A stretch of DNA of 64,000 nucleotides. Origin: Octopus vulgaris (lineage: Eukaryota). The notes under the pieces were generated by a model. It saw nothing but the letters and a program-made list of their open reading frames with translations, was not told the origin of the DNA and made no database searches. The position numbers were made by a program, and so were the translations under genes. The stretch's first letter is position 1; each line of letters begins with the position of its first letter. This document shows, piece by piece, positions 14,260 through 26,822 of this stretch. The stretch lies in the NCBI GenBank assembly GCA_951406725.2, contig OX597815.1, positions 138,818,001 to 138,882,000 on the forward strand. Direction: 5' to 3'.

Positions 14260-14880
14260 GATAGTTTCTGTTCGTTAATTTTCTAAAATATGACAGTTAC
14301 CCTCGTTTATTATTAAATAAACCTTCGTAAATTCATGTACATTACGGTTTCAGAAAAGTGTTAATAATTTTAGTTTAAACTTACTGATACGAATGCTTAG
14401 GAATTAAATACTTTTTACAAACCGGTACATTAAATTTAAAGTTTATTTCTGCCAAATTATAAAATACACATTTTATGTAATGCTCAGAATTACTTGAGCG
14501 TAAATATCATTGGATTTATTTTAGCTTTCAATGTGAATGAATTTTTATGGAAATTAAATGTAAATAAATGAATAAATGACACATTTAAAAATAAACTCAG
14601 AATTATGTAAAGTATATTTTGCTATACAGATATTAAATGATAAAGCAACATCTATTAAAATCATCTACACTTCCTTTCGTAATCTGCTGAAATATAAATT
14701 TCTAAAAGGAACAGTAACTGTGTCGGAGAACTGGATATGTGCGAAATATGCAACGTTTATCACAAAAATTGTAACATGAATTTCAAATTTAATATACATG
14801 TAATTCTTTCAAGTCTTGTTTCTTTGTTGAGATTGGAGCAAAGTGAAATTTTTCTATCTGAATAATTAGGTTTATAGCGC

Positions 14881-15333
14881 TCTGTTGTGTCTGGAGAAAG
14901 TCATTTTCTTTTTGTGCCTTATGATTTAACACACTCACCGGTAAAATTTCCACTTATTCCTTATTTTTATTTTCCTAAAATTTTCGTTGCGTCTTGCAAC
15001 CTTTTCAATAGTCTTGACTCTTTTCAATAGTCAAGATTTAACACACTCACCGTTAAAATTTCCACTTATTCCTTATTTTTATTTTCCTAAAATTTTCGTT
15101 GCGTCTTGCAACCTTTTCAATAGTCTTGACTCTTTTCAATAGTCAAGACTATTGAAAAGGTTGCAAGACGCAACGAAAATTTTAGGAAAATAAATATAAG
15201 AAATAAGTGGAAATTTTACCGGTGAGTGTGTTACATTATAAGGCACAAAAAGAAAATGACTCTCCCCAGACACAACAGAATATGCTTCAACACACGAACT
15301 CATATAAAGAATCTTGCAAACCAAATCCAAAAA
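14881..15333. mobile_element. Fold-back (palindromic) PLE-type repeat with a 112-bp tandem duplication of the left arm
   Basis: The left arm is the reverse complement of 15147-15279. Unit 14923-15034 repeats at 15035-15146. Centre caatagtc-aa-gactattg. A solo arm lies at 38161-38350. Confidence 0.85.
15149..15185 (+). ncRNA. Minimal type-I hammerhead-like motif, U3-A8 variant (also minus-strand 14975-15011 and 15087-15123, plus-strand 38171-38207)
   Basis: cta TTGAAAA g gttgc-aagac-gcaac GAAA AT TT tag: 3-bp stem I, 5-bp stem II, palindromic AAATTT stem III. Confidence 0.55.
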
Positions 15334-16071
15334 CAAAATAGTTTTATAGTAGTTTTATCTAGAAAGAAGGGTTATGTTCCTAGCCTTTGCAAGCTGAAAA
15401 GATTGATAGTGCTAATGTTTGTCATGGAAGAAAACATGAGCATAGAAGGAAAAGATTACTAAGCATAATGGTTAGATCGAGTAGAGATAGACACAGTATT
15501 TTCAACAAGAGGAGGTGAATAAACTAGGAAGGCTTGAGTAATAGTGGCAAAATACCAGCGAAATCCGATGGCGTTAAGGCCATTGTGCTTGCAAAGGAAA
15601 GACCAGAGAGAAGAAATAACATATCAGTAGCTAAAGCTGGGGTAGCTTAGTGAACTACTTCATAGCAATTGGGCGAATTGCCGTTTAATAAATGCGGTCA
15701 AGAAAGCGTGTGTGTGCGTAAGAGTAGCAATGCCGTACCCGTTGTAAGAACACTTGCCAATTCTTGGTACAAACATTCTAGGTGTGTTTCATTAATGTCA
15801 AACCTACGAAGACTTTTCTTAATATCAAACCCCAAACGCCAGAGTTGATCAAGTTACGATTGACTGAAAGTAGTCACTTAAAGCTGATCGCGTCAACAAC
15901 TCATTGGATCGTAATAGTATTTTAAATATGTGGAATAGATTAAAGAATGGAAAACTCATGTTGTTACGCTTTTTAAATTGTTTCATGAAGACTTCATGAT
16001 ATAATTTGTGTATGAATAGGTGTCATGTTTTGAGGCTTAAACAGGAAGACGAACACAGGATATCACAACAC

Positions 16072-16104
<33 letters not shown>

Positions 16105-17236
16105 AACACACACACACACACACACACACACGCACGCACACACAAACACACACACACACATACACACACGCACACACACAGAAATGTCTTTTTATATGTT
16201 ATTGGACCACACGTGGCAATAAACACAAAAGACTGGTCCTGTGCCAAAATTTGAAATCAGTATAACATTAAAATGTACAATATTTTATTTAGATAATTAT
16301 TATAATTCGGGTAATTGCTGATTCGAGCAAATGTTTTTTCGATTAGTTTTTGTTTAACAACTTTTGATAAATTGTATTTCAACCAATTACTTTTGATCGA
16401 CTCACTTCTAGGTTTTATTAAATGCTTAATATTTTTGTGAGTCAATATATATTCTGCGCTAGAGACAAAGATCAGTTTTCTTTATGTGGAATTTGTGCGT
16501 TCGTCAGTGATGATGAGGCCTGGACTTTCAAGCAGTCTTAACTGCTGCATGTATTATGCTACTGTTAAATCATAACATTATAAAGCTACAACTAGATAAC
16601 CATGTGAGAAACCTGCAGAATATATGCAATATTTTCTTTATAACAACCTTTACCTCATCTCTAGGTCAAAATATAATATCCTTTATCATTCAAAGATGTT
16701 ACATTCTGTTAAAATATCATTACCTGCATTGGTAGTTTAGGAAATTTTCTTTTCACTGAAGGCGCTTTAAATACGGCGAAATCATTCACTATAGGATGCA
16801 AATACAAAGGAACGGTATGTTAGGCCTGCTTTGTTTATTAAATGGGTATTTATGGAACTGAACGACTAGAAACCAATGGACTGTGAAATTAAATGCGTCA
16901 AGCCTTATGTAGCTATTTTAACATGGTAAATATTATTGAATATACACATCGTACAATACATTACACGTTTATAGAGGGAACTGTTTGGCTCAATGATATA
17001 GGAAATATAAGAGTTAGGTGGTTAGTAAACAGAAAAGAATTTTATAAATATTATTTAGTATATAAAATTTAATTGTAGAAAGTTGCAATGCATTACATTA
17101 TATCTGCTTATATTTTAGAATGCCTTAATACAGAAAATCGTAGAGTTTATTTCTTGATAACTAAAACTAACAACATAAACGTAGCAAACTTGTATGAAAC
17201 CGACTATCTTGGAAATTACACCTTTTATCATTAAAT

Positions 17237-17420
17237 CCTTTACTTGTTTCAGTCACTGGATTGCGACCATGCTGGGGCACCGTCTGGAAAGGTTTCGTCA
17301 AACAGCTCGATCCTACCACATATTTTAAACTTTTGGTACTTATTCTATCGGTCTCTTTTGGCCAAACTGCTATTTCACTAGGATGCAAACAAACCAAACC
17401 ACTTGTCAAGAGGTGTTGGG
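17237..17420 (-). mobile_element. SINE family C 3' part
   Basis: ttacttgtttcagtcactggattgcgaccatgctggggcaccgtct is the reverse complement of the family-C tail at 60805-60855. Confidence 0.8.
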
Positions 17421-17544
17421 ACATAATCACAGACAAGGGGAATCACATACACACAAACACACACACACAAATACACACACACACACACACATATATATAA
17501 TCTCTCTGTCTGTCTTCCTGTATTCATACACACACACACACGCA

Positions 17545-17586
<42 letters not shown>

Positions 17587-17589
<3 letters not shown>

Positions 17590-20088
17590 CAGGTTCAGAT
17601 GAATATGGTACTTAAGTTGAGGCACCAGAATTTAGTATCGTATTATCCATACAATTTCAAAATAAGCAACAAGGATATCCAGAGGTAAGACAGTACGATC
17701 GTTTCGTGCGACTCCATTTAATTGAACAACGCAATCATTTTATTACATCAATTTCAAATGTAGAGCAAAAGACACATTAGTATAATTTTACCTAAAATCT
17801 CCAAGAGGATAATGGGATAGACAAAGAACATGTTTTACCAAAAACATCATAGTTATAACTGAATTTCTTTTCAAGACACTACCTGTCACTGACTTTTTCT
17901 ATTATTTTTGTTTTTTACGAGGTCAGCTTTAATTTATAGACTAGTTTATCAAATACGTTGTATATTTACGGATGAGAGAAGACAGAGGGTAGTATCTGTT
18001 TGGGGTAGAGTTGCTGGACTAGACAGACATTCTAAATGCTATAGTCATAAATTCAAGATTTATTTGAAGCCTATTCATGAGTTTTAATGAGAGAAAACTT
18101 AAGACAAGATGTTATAGGGTCGCCCACTGGCAGACCATTGATAATAGGTCAGGGGTAGTCCTATCATATAGTACTACAGTTAACTACTATAAAACAATAT
18201 TGTATACAGATAAAGTCTAGGGTTAGTCAAAAGATTATTAAGAAGAATAATTATGAATACTTTTTAGTATATATCAATATTTTACTACAATAGGAGGAAA
18301 AGAAAATACAGAAATAGCTTAATATTTATACACTTAAATACTAACTTATCAGATATCTGTGAATATTGATTAAATGATATTTACTGATATTAATAAAGGA
18401 GTATTGAGGTAAAAGAACACGCTAATTATATATAAAAAATTTTAGCCTGAGCAGATTTTTTTATAATTATAAGTAGTGTTGTATTAGCATAGCTTTTTTA
18501 AGCTGAATATGAAATTTATAGAGATACAAGACTTAGAATAATTTTATAAATAAATAAATAAAGGCTAATCTTAAAATAAAATAAAATAATCATGGGCAGA
18601 ACATCATAGAAAAGGGGTAAAATGGTTTAATTACTAATACTATGGTAAAGTATTTTTAGCTTGTTAACACCTATGGAGAAGATTTCTAGAAAAAAGTTTA
18701 ATAATTCATAAGACTAAAAATTATATTTACTTGTTAAGATAATATCTATAAAAGACAGATGTTTGGTATCGGCTAAAGGAATAATTAAGTTATGGAACAA
18801 TTCTACTTTCAACTAATCTTTTTGTAAAATTAAGGGTTATATTATAGGTTTAAGAAGTTATTATTATTACACCCTACATAATATTTATATTTTCTAAATG
18901 GTACTTATTTAGAAAGGTTATTTATATGAAGGTTAGTATTGTTATATAATAACAATAATAAAATGATCAGTTAGGATAGAGCATCCTGGAAAAGGAATAA
19001 AATAGACTAATCACTAAAAAACCATAATCAAAAACTAAAATATTCATAACTTATTAACTATAATAGCAAGTTTATATAGAAAATGTATAATAATTTATGA
19101 GCTATAAACTCGGTATTAGTTGAAAAGATAATTTTTGTTAAAAGGACAAGTTAACCATATACTAATATTAAATTAAGAGGTATAATATAGGTTACAAAAG
19201 TTATTTGTGTTAATCTATAAATAATATTACAGTTTCTTAGGAGTACTTATTTTGAGGGGCCATTTAAAACCAATATAGATATCAAAATTAAGGGGATGGA
19301 ACATTTTAAGAAAGGGATAAAAAACTTAATTACTAAAACTATTTTGAACAATATGACATTTTTTTGTATAAGGTTAAAATATAAGGCTATCATGGAGATT
19401 TACCATTTAAGTGAGAGAACAAATATATTGTAAATTTGATAAATTTTAATTTAGGCATTTTAATTTTAAAATTTTGAAGATACCTATATTGTTTTTTATA
19501 AGATAAGTATGGCTTTACAGGGGTACAACAATTTAAGTTTTTATAAAGGCAATTATAGAGTATTGAAATGATTAGGTAGATTAGAAACACCATAGAAAAG
19601 GGTGTGAAAATAGCTTAATCACTAAAATCATGATGAAGTACATATAAAACTTAGTAACTTCGATAGTGAAGATTTATGGAACATATGCAATAATTTTAGA
19701 AATTAAAAATTATTTACTGAATTAGCTTGTGTCTTTAATCACTGATACCTAATATTGACTAAAAAATTTATGTTGTAGGGTATGCTATTTATGTATTGAT
19801 TCTAAAACTAAGAGATATATTATAAGATTTAAAACTCAAGATCTTGAAATAAATTTCAGTTACAACTATGATATTGCTGCTAAAACATGTTCTTTGTCTA
19901 TCCACTTATCCTCTTGGAGATTTTAGGTAACATTATACTAATATGTCCTAATTTAATTAAATTCTATGTCATTGTGCAGCTGAAGATTGCTTTACATTTT
20001 AAATCGATTTAATGAAATGATTGCATTGTTCAATTAAATGGAGTCGCATGAAACAATCGTACTGCATTACCTCTGGATATCCTTGTTG

Positions 20089-20090
<2 letters not shown>
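17587..20090 (+). mobile_element. PLE-type element: ~200-bp inverted terminal repeats (17663-17837 / 19882-20091) around a 2-kb non-RT interior
   Basis: aagcaacaaggatatccagaggtaa...gatagacaaagaacatgtttt versus aaaacatgttctttgtctatcc...ttacctctggatatccttgttgctt. Both outer ends lie in (TA)n. An HHR sits in the right arm. Confidence 0.75.
19974..20067 (+). ncRNA. Type-I hammerhead ribozyme motif with a long stem-II insert
   Basis: gtgcag CTGAAGA ttgc...gcat GAAAC aatc GTA ctgcat: stem I tgcag/ctgca, GUA cleavage triplet. The left-arm copy has palindromic GAAAC-gatc-GTA but has lost the CTGAAGA segment. Confidence 0.7.
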
Positions 20091-20145
<55 letters not shown>

Positions 20146-20436
20146 TTCAGAATCCAATAGAATCGAGGAATATTCATAACAAATGCACCAAGGTAGAGTC
20201 AAGGACAGCATACCCGTGTATCAACACTGTATATGGATACTCTCCTACTTACTAAAGCAAATACTGATTTGGCCTTCCAGTTAAGCCTGAGTGCACAAGT
20301 ATAGACTAAATACACGTAAAATCCCATAAGAGTATACTCCAACATGCAGTCCACGGTCCGCTGTAGACTTAAGGTCTAATTCAGGGAAGGTTCCGAGTGT
20401 GGTGAGGTATAAATAATAACGCATATATAAGCTGAT

Positions 20437-20514
20437 GTTTACTACAACTGTTTCAGATGCGTTGTTTTAATAAACAAATCAACTACATCATAAAAAACTT
20501 TCCTTCAGGTGAAT
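20437..20514 (-). ncRNA. Degenerate hammerhead-like motif in a PLE-type tail
   Basis: Minus strand: ttcac CTGAAGG...gatgtagttg...caacgcatc t GAAAC agtt GTA gtaaa. Confidence 0.4.
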
Positions 20515-20945
20515 TAAATTTAAAATACAATTTAACATTTAGGATTTTTCACACAAATAGTATAGGATGTATATTGACTCTTTTATCTCAGTACCAGTTG
20601 AGAGAGTAAATTTGGGGATGATATATTGATGTTAAATATACATGGTAATAAATCTGCCTACACTTCTAGACGACGAAGAAAGAAGAAAAAACTCACATCC
20701 TAATTATAGGAGGCTAAGGTGTTTAGGCGATGTCGGTATTCTCAGATGAAATAGATTGGGTGACTTAACGATTATTTTATATGACGTGATGACAATCGAG
20801 GAAGAAAAGGATGACAAAGAATAAAAATGAAAAATAAAATGAAATAAATAAGTACAAATAAAAGTAACAAAATAATCATTATAAGGAAACTATAAAACAC
20901 ACACACACTCATGTGTGTGTTTGTGTGTATATATATGTGTGTGCA

Positions 20946-21032
<87 letters not shown>

Positions 21033-23108
21033 GTTCTTTTATGAACGCGTGTGAGTGTTTTATGTGTTTCACGTGTATGTACGTCTTTAATTTTTTTATT
21101 GTTCCCTTATAATGATTATTCTATGTTACTTTTATCCACTAATTTTGCAGAGTTCTGTTGCCCTTCACTTTGTAGCAATGGCTGCAGGAATGGTATTTCC
21201 CTAGAGAAATTCTAGATATTCACTTTATAACAAACTCCACCCGTTACACACGTGGAAAAATATTCTCTAGATCCACCCTTTCCACTATACAATATTCACC
21301 ATATTGTATACACCATGTCAAGTAAGAAATACTCCCTCTTCACCCCGAGGGAGAATGGATTATTGTGATACCAACCATGGATTTGATCATGTAGATGCTT
21401 TATTCATTCATGCATTTTTCTGTGAATAAGCTCAATATTTGAAATGTTTACGAGCAGTTATGGTTACATACCCTACTGTCATCAGTACTGAATACACTAC
21501 TATCATCAGTCTCTTTCTTCAACCCGACATCTATCTCAAAATTTTTAAGTGACATCAAGACATTATTCTAGAATACAGTTACCTGCCGTATGTCTCGAAC
21601 CTATACAGATGATTCCTCCCGAATCCCTAGCGCCGAGTACTTACGAAACGAATTAATTTGTATCTAGCACAAGTATAGCAAAATGGAAGAATGTATTATC
21701 CGTATCATATAGTTCCAAAAGTTACTGGAAGTCAACATATATTGATCATTATCTACCAGTCATCTTCAAAGTCTCAAGTTTAAGAAACAGAACTTTTCTA
21801 ACACATATTGCTTGAAGTTACCAATCATCAGCAACACAACCGCTACTATTCCTAAGACTATCCATAGGGGGGAGATAAAATGTTGCTGTTCTGTATGCAC
21901 ATGTACTTAGGCTGCATAATGTTAGTTCGACTGAGCAATGAATTTAAGGATTACGCAGCAACAGACAATGTTACGAATTCAGAGCTACCTTAATTAAAGA
22001 AACGGAAAGAATGAACCTCAACAATATCACATATATAAAATATGGAATATCTACAAGTTAATTCTCAGTTCAGTATATGTATACAGTTATCAGATGTAAA
22101 TTATAATTAATGTGAGTGAGATACATTTCATCGGAATTTTCAAAAAAAAAAAAAAATGGTTTTATTTATAACCTTGAATTGTAGAATTTTGAAGAATACA
22201 CGTAAAACTTTAAATTTCTTACGCTATATAAATTAAATATAGATGAGCTTGTGGAAAATCTTCTACTTTACGATATTTTTTGTTCAAGAACTGTACCTTT
22301 ATAGCAGGTTGCGTGACTTATATCCTGTTACTAATGTAAAAGTCACGTGGTATTAGAAAGCTGCCTGGAAACAATGAAAGATATATATACGTACCCTCAT
22401 CTCATCCATCTCACATACAAACACACACACATAAACGCTCATATATATTTATAACTAGTATGTCATGCTTAGTACTATTACCTCTTAGAGAGGTAAAACA
22501 GTAGGTGAAATGTAAAGCATAAATTTTATTGACATTATTAGAGAGTCTATTTCCACCGAGGTCGATAAAGTAAGTACCAGTTAAACACAGGAGACTTACC
22601 ACTCTCTCAAAATTGCTGGCCTTGTACCAAAAATCGAAATTATTATTAAAGAGTTTATTGATTGGCAGCGTTCTATTTTGCTTCTGTTCGTAACAGTTGA
22701 AATTAAATAGAATCGAGAAGCAGCCAATGATATTTAGTATTCAGAGATAGTAAGTGTTAGTTAGGTTTTTGTCTTAGGGCGAATACTTTAATTATTTTCG
22801 TCCTTTTGTTTCTTAGATTTTTCGCACTGGAAAATTTTCAGGCGATTAGATATGTTATTTTTTATGGAAGTGTTTGTGTATGAGTTAGTGAGTATTTTCG
22901 TTAATGAATTATCTGGTTAGTAAACTGAAACCAGATTCAAGATGCTTAACTTTGTTAGCAAATATGGAAATATTTTCGTTGCTATTGGCAGCAACTCAGT
23001 AAAATATATAGCTTTTTATGACGTGTGCTATGGTCGAAACCATTAACATTTGAATGAGAGATGGGCTAACAGCAAGATCATCATATATATGTATGTGTGT
23101 GTGTGTGT

Positions 23109-23428
23109 GAAGGCGCGTGGCTTAGTGGTTAGGGCATTTGACTCACGACTATAAGGTCGTGAGTTCCATTCCTGGCGACGCGTTGTGTCATTGAGCAAGA
23201 AACTTTATTCCACGTTGCTCCAGTCCACTCTGCTGGCAAAAATGAGTTGTACTTGTATTTCAAAAGGCCAGCCTCATCACACTCCGTTTCACGCTGAGAA
23301 CTATGTTAGGGGGTACACGTGTACCCCTAGTGGTTTGTTCAGCCACTTGCACGTTAATTTCACGAGCAAGCTGTTCCATTGATCGTATCAGCTGGGACCC
23401 TCGTCGTCGTAACCGACGGAGTGCTCCT
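23109..23428 (+). mobile_element. SINE family B variant
   Basis: Head aaggcgcgtggcttagtggttagg. Shares body and tail (cagccacttgcacgttaatttcacgagc...gtcgtcgtaaccgacggagtgc) with 2933 and 13910. Confidence 0.85.
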
Positions 23429-23430
23429 TT

Positions 23431-23484
<54 letters not shown>

Positions 23485-23495
<11 letters not shown>

Positions 23496-24303
23496 ATGCG
23501 AAAACTAATTTGTGTGTCAGTGTGTCACACTGTGATCCCCTCTCTCCTTATTCATTGACATTCCTATTTTTGCTCATCTTGGGGTGAGAGAAATAGTAGG
23601 CATACAGACGGTGAGGGCGGTGACGAAGACAGAGAGAGAAAGAAAGAAAAAGACAGGGAGAGACAGAAAGACAAAGAAATTTAGGGAGAGTTGATGTTTT
23701 TTATTAAAAGTATTAGTGTTGATGGTGGCAATGGGAGTAATAATAATAATAAGAGAGAGAGAGAAAGAGTGGGTATGTGAGAGAAAGAGGGACTGAACAT
23801 TGAATTAACAAGCTGAAGTAACATACTGAGCAAACACACACATTTAGCCTTTTTGTGATGGCAACAGGATGATAATAAAAGTATGAGCTGTATTTAGATA
23901 GAGGCAGAAGTGGCGGTGATAGTGGTGGTGGTCGTAGCCGAGGCGGTGAGGGATGATTCCAGAGAAAGTGATGTGAAAGATAGTGGTGATGGGTGGAAAG
24001 GCGACGAAGTCAAAGGTATTAATGGCGGTGACGTCAGAAGTCTGAATGGTGTTTGTATGGAAGAAGTGGTGGCGATGATGGTGGTTCTATTTTCTATCAT
24101 GCAACTTTGCAATAACTTCAAAGTCACAAATTACATCATTGTTTTGACGAAAATTGTTCATTGCTTGAAAAGTATTGTTGAAGTTTAATAAAATTTGATA
24201 TGTAATCAATGCATGAAGTGTAGTTGTTGCGTCCAAGGCCTAATGAAGAGCCCTCCACAGGACCTAGGTTAAATGCCGCCCTATCTGGCGGCTTTTAAGC
24301 TAG
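23485..24303 (+). mobile_element. Non-autonomous Helitron; 5' end blurred by (TA)n
   Basis: 3' hairpin gccgcc-ctatct-ggcggc then CTAG|T at 24300-24304. The 5' tatataatgcgaaaactaatttgtgtgtc has the same style as the other Helitron starts here. Confidence 0.6.
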
Positions 24304-24365
24304 TATCTGTATGCATGTATGTATGTATGTATGCATGTATGTTTGTATGTATGCATGTATGCATG

Positions 24366-24432
<67 letters not shown>

Positions 24433-24457
24433 CTGTATAACTATTTCAAATTTTTGC

Positions 24458-24528
<71 letters not shown>

Positions 24529-24824
24529 TTGCATGTGGTCGTGGAGAATGGTAAAAATGATTCAAAGGATAATAGATTACGAAATTGAAGTATTGAAGTA
24601 TGTGTTGTAGGGATGTCAATTGCTCTTCAGACTACGCTTCACCTCATGAGGTTCAAATGTTGTAGAAAAAGATGGTGATCATAAGGACGTTATTTTGTGG
24701 ATGTGGTTGTGACCTCACATATCTATCTAAGTGTCTGTAGAATGCGGTGGGTTTTGGGAGGTGTGACTATTTTACAAATAAAAAACCCAAAATGTATATA
24801 TACATACATACATATATATATATA

Positions 24825-25165
24825 TAGTTAATCCAAACATGAAAGCACAAAAAAACACAACGCGAGGATGTGGAACAAATGTTGTATTATTGGACGCTCA
24901 GGAAAGAAGGAAAGAAGGAGGTTTTAACGTTTCGAGCGGAGCTCTTCGTCGGAAACATAAGAGAAGGAAAGATCCAGAGAAGGGAAGAGGGAGGAAAATA
25001 ATCGCCTACGGTACACACGAGGTCACATTTTGAATGACCGGAAGGAAATGGGTGAAGAAAAGTGTAGGTGTAAGTGGTGGCGACACAGGTGGAAAAGTGG
25101 AAGTAGAAGAAGAAAGGTAAAAGAGGACGAGGAAAAAGTGGAAGCGTCACGGACACATTTTTTTG
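24825..25165 (-). mobile_element. PLE pseudo-LTR fragment containing a hammerhead motif (24921-24956)
   Basis: Minus strand: gttt CCGACGA a gagc-tcc-gctc GAAA CG TT aaaac (U4C variant). Pyrimidine-rich flanks; abuts (TA)n. Confidence 0.65.
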
Positions 25166-26352
25166 ATTTCTAATCACGATTACAGTGGCGTTATATATAT
25201 ATATATTAACGAATTTATTATTTGTATCCAGTGATAGAAGGTTAGAATCACACAGCGAATTGCCATATATTACTTTCATCGGATTAACACTATGTGCCCC
25301 TCTGTACATTGATGGTGGCCGAAAAGAGAGATATTACAATAATATCAAGGGCGTAATGTTGAAAGGATTTGAAGATAAAAAATTTGTTTATGTAGGTATT
25401 TGCTACGGCAGCGTTGCTGGTGTCATTTTGTGTGAATGTTAAGTATGCATATATGTGCATGTGAGTGAATATATGTGTGTGTATGTAAATATGTATATAT
25501 TTATGTATGTACGCGTGTATGTGCGTGTATATATATGTGTGTGCACCTGTACGTATATATAATATCAGGTAGGATAGTATAGGAGACAATTATGAGCCTA
25601 GAGTTTTGTACTGAAGCTTTTGTTAAACTAGTATCTATAAAATGGTCAGCAAAATGGGTGTCTATGTTTGCAACATATTTTGAACCATGATTAATTACCA
25701 TACATTATTTTAAGTACAAAGAGGTTAGACTGAAGACGTTTTACTTTTTGCCTCGAATGTATTCTAATGGAGGCAAAATTTTATATGAAAAGAATCAAAA
25801 TAGTATTGAATAAATGAGTAATCTGCCTTTATTCAGAACTCTATCTAATATAATAGCAGCTACTGTGTAAAATTCAGCATTTCCTTTTGTGTAAAAGAAA
25901 CGGATTTTTATTGCGTTACTAGACCTGAACAGGCATTTATATTATCATTCTTTAACGTTATACATGGTATTCATTCATTCCAATAAGCGTATTCCTTGGA
26001 AAGCGTCCCTTGTTTTACAATTTTTCTGTACTCATTTGTTCCTTGAATATAATAAATGTTTCTAATTGGCACCAAAGTACTACGAGTGATAAACGAACTC
26101 TTTTTCTTATATTCTTTTTTATATTTCAACCCAATCTCTGATAAAATGCTGCACTTTCATAGTATTTAACAATAACTCTAGATAAATTTTATATTGCTTT
26201 CTACTATAACGCAACACTTGATATCAGTAACTCATATCTAATTTACTATTCACTTATTGGAAGTAAATGTTCATATGATGCTTGTTTCAAATAGTAATGG
26301 TATATTTATATTATATATCGTACCGCTGAAGTGTATTATCATCGTATACAAG

Positions 26353-26822
26353 TAGAATAACAAGTAAGAAAGGAAGGAAGAGAGTTTCTTACAATACAAG
26401 GAGGAAGGTTTAAAAAAAAACATTATATATTTCATGCGCAAATGTCCATCTTCAGAAGAATACAGTTAAGAAACTTGAGTTTACAAAAATACTACCATTA
26501 AGATAGCCGAGAGAGTAATGACATCTCTCCTACCGCACACATTATTCATGCTGAATGTGATAACAGTAATAGTTCTTCCAAAGATTTTGTTTGTGGCTGT
26601 AGAGATCACAGTGGAGACGGTGGTGAATGGCTGACTACAGATTGTCAGAAGTAGCGTATTCACTCGTCCAGCTATCCAAATGGCAGGATCTGCGTTCACT
26701 CACATTTCTTAACTGCATTCTTTTGAAGATGGATTTTTGCGCTAGAATATATAATTTGTTTTTAAATATTTTCCTCCTTGCGTCGTAAGAAGCTCTCTAC
26801 CTTCCTTTTGTTTGTTAGTCTA
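26353..26822. mobile_element. ~120-bp inverted repeats (26353-26473 / 26705-26822) around a 230-bp spacer, PLE-type
   Basis: ggaagagagtttcttacaatacaaggaggaa...ccatcttcagaagaatacagttaagaaa versus tttcttaactgcattcttttgaagatgg...ttcctccttgcgtcgtaagaagctctct. A degenerate CTGAAGA...GAAATATATA lies in the left arm (minus). Confidence 0.7.

Noticed and set aside
14923-15146. Tandem units with internal palindromes as a CRISPR array
   Set aside because: The units are near-identical with no unique spacers, there are no cas genes, and the context is eukaryotic.
17840-19880. Interior as a ciliate-code gene, NUMT or viral insert
   Set aside because: Reading TAA/TAG as Gln still needs frameshifts and gives no recognisable protein; no mitochondrial gene or tRNA motifs seen.
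21470-21512. Two CTGATGA motifs on the minus strand
   Set aside because: Short local tandem duplication with no stem II or GAAA partner. The CTGATGA at 653 was rejected for the same lack.
23894-24188. Overlapping 77-aa and 92-aa ORFs
   Set aside because: Low-complexity GGT/GAT-rich interior of a Helitron-like repeat.
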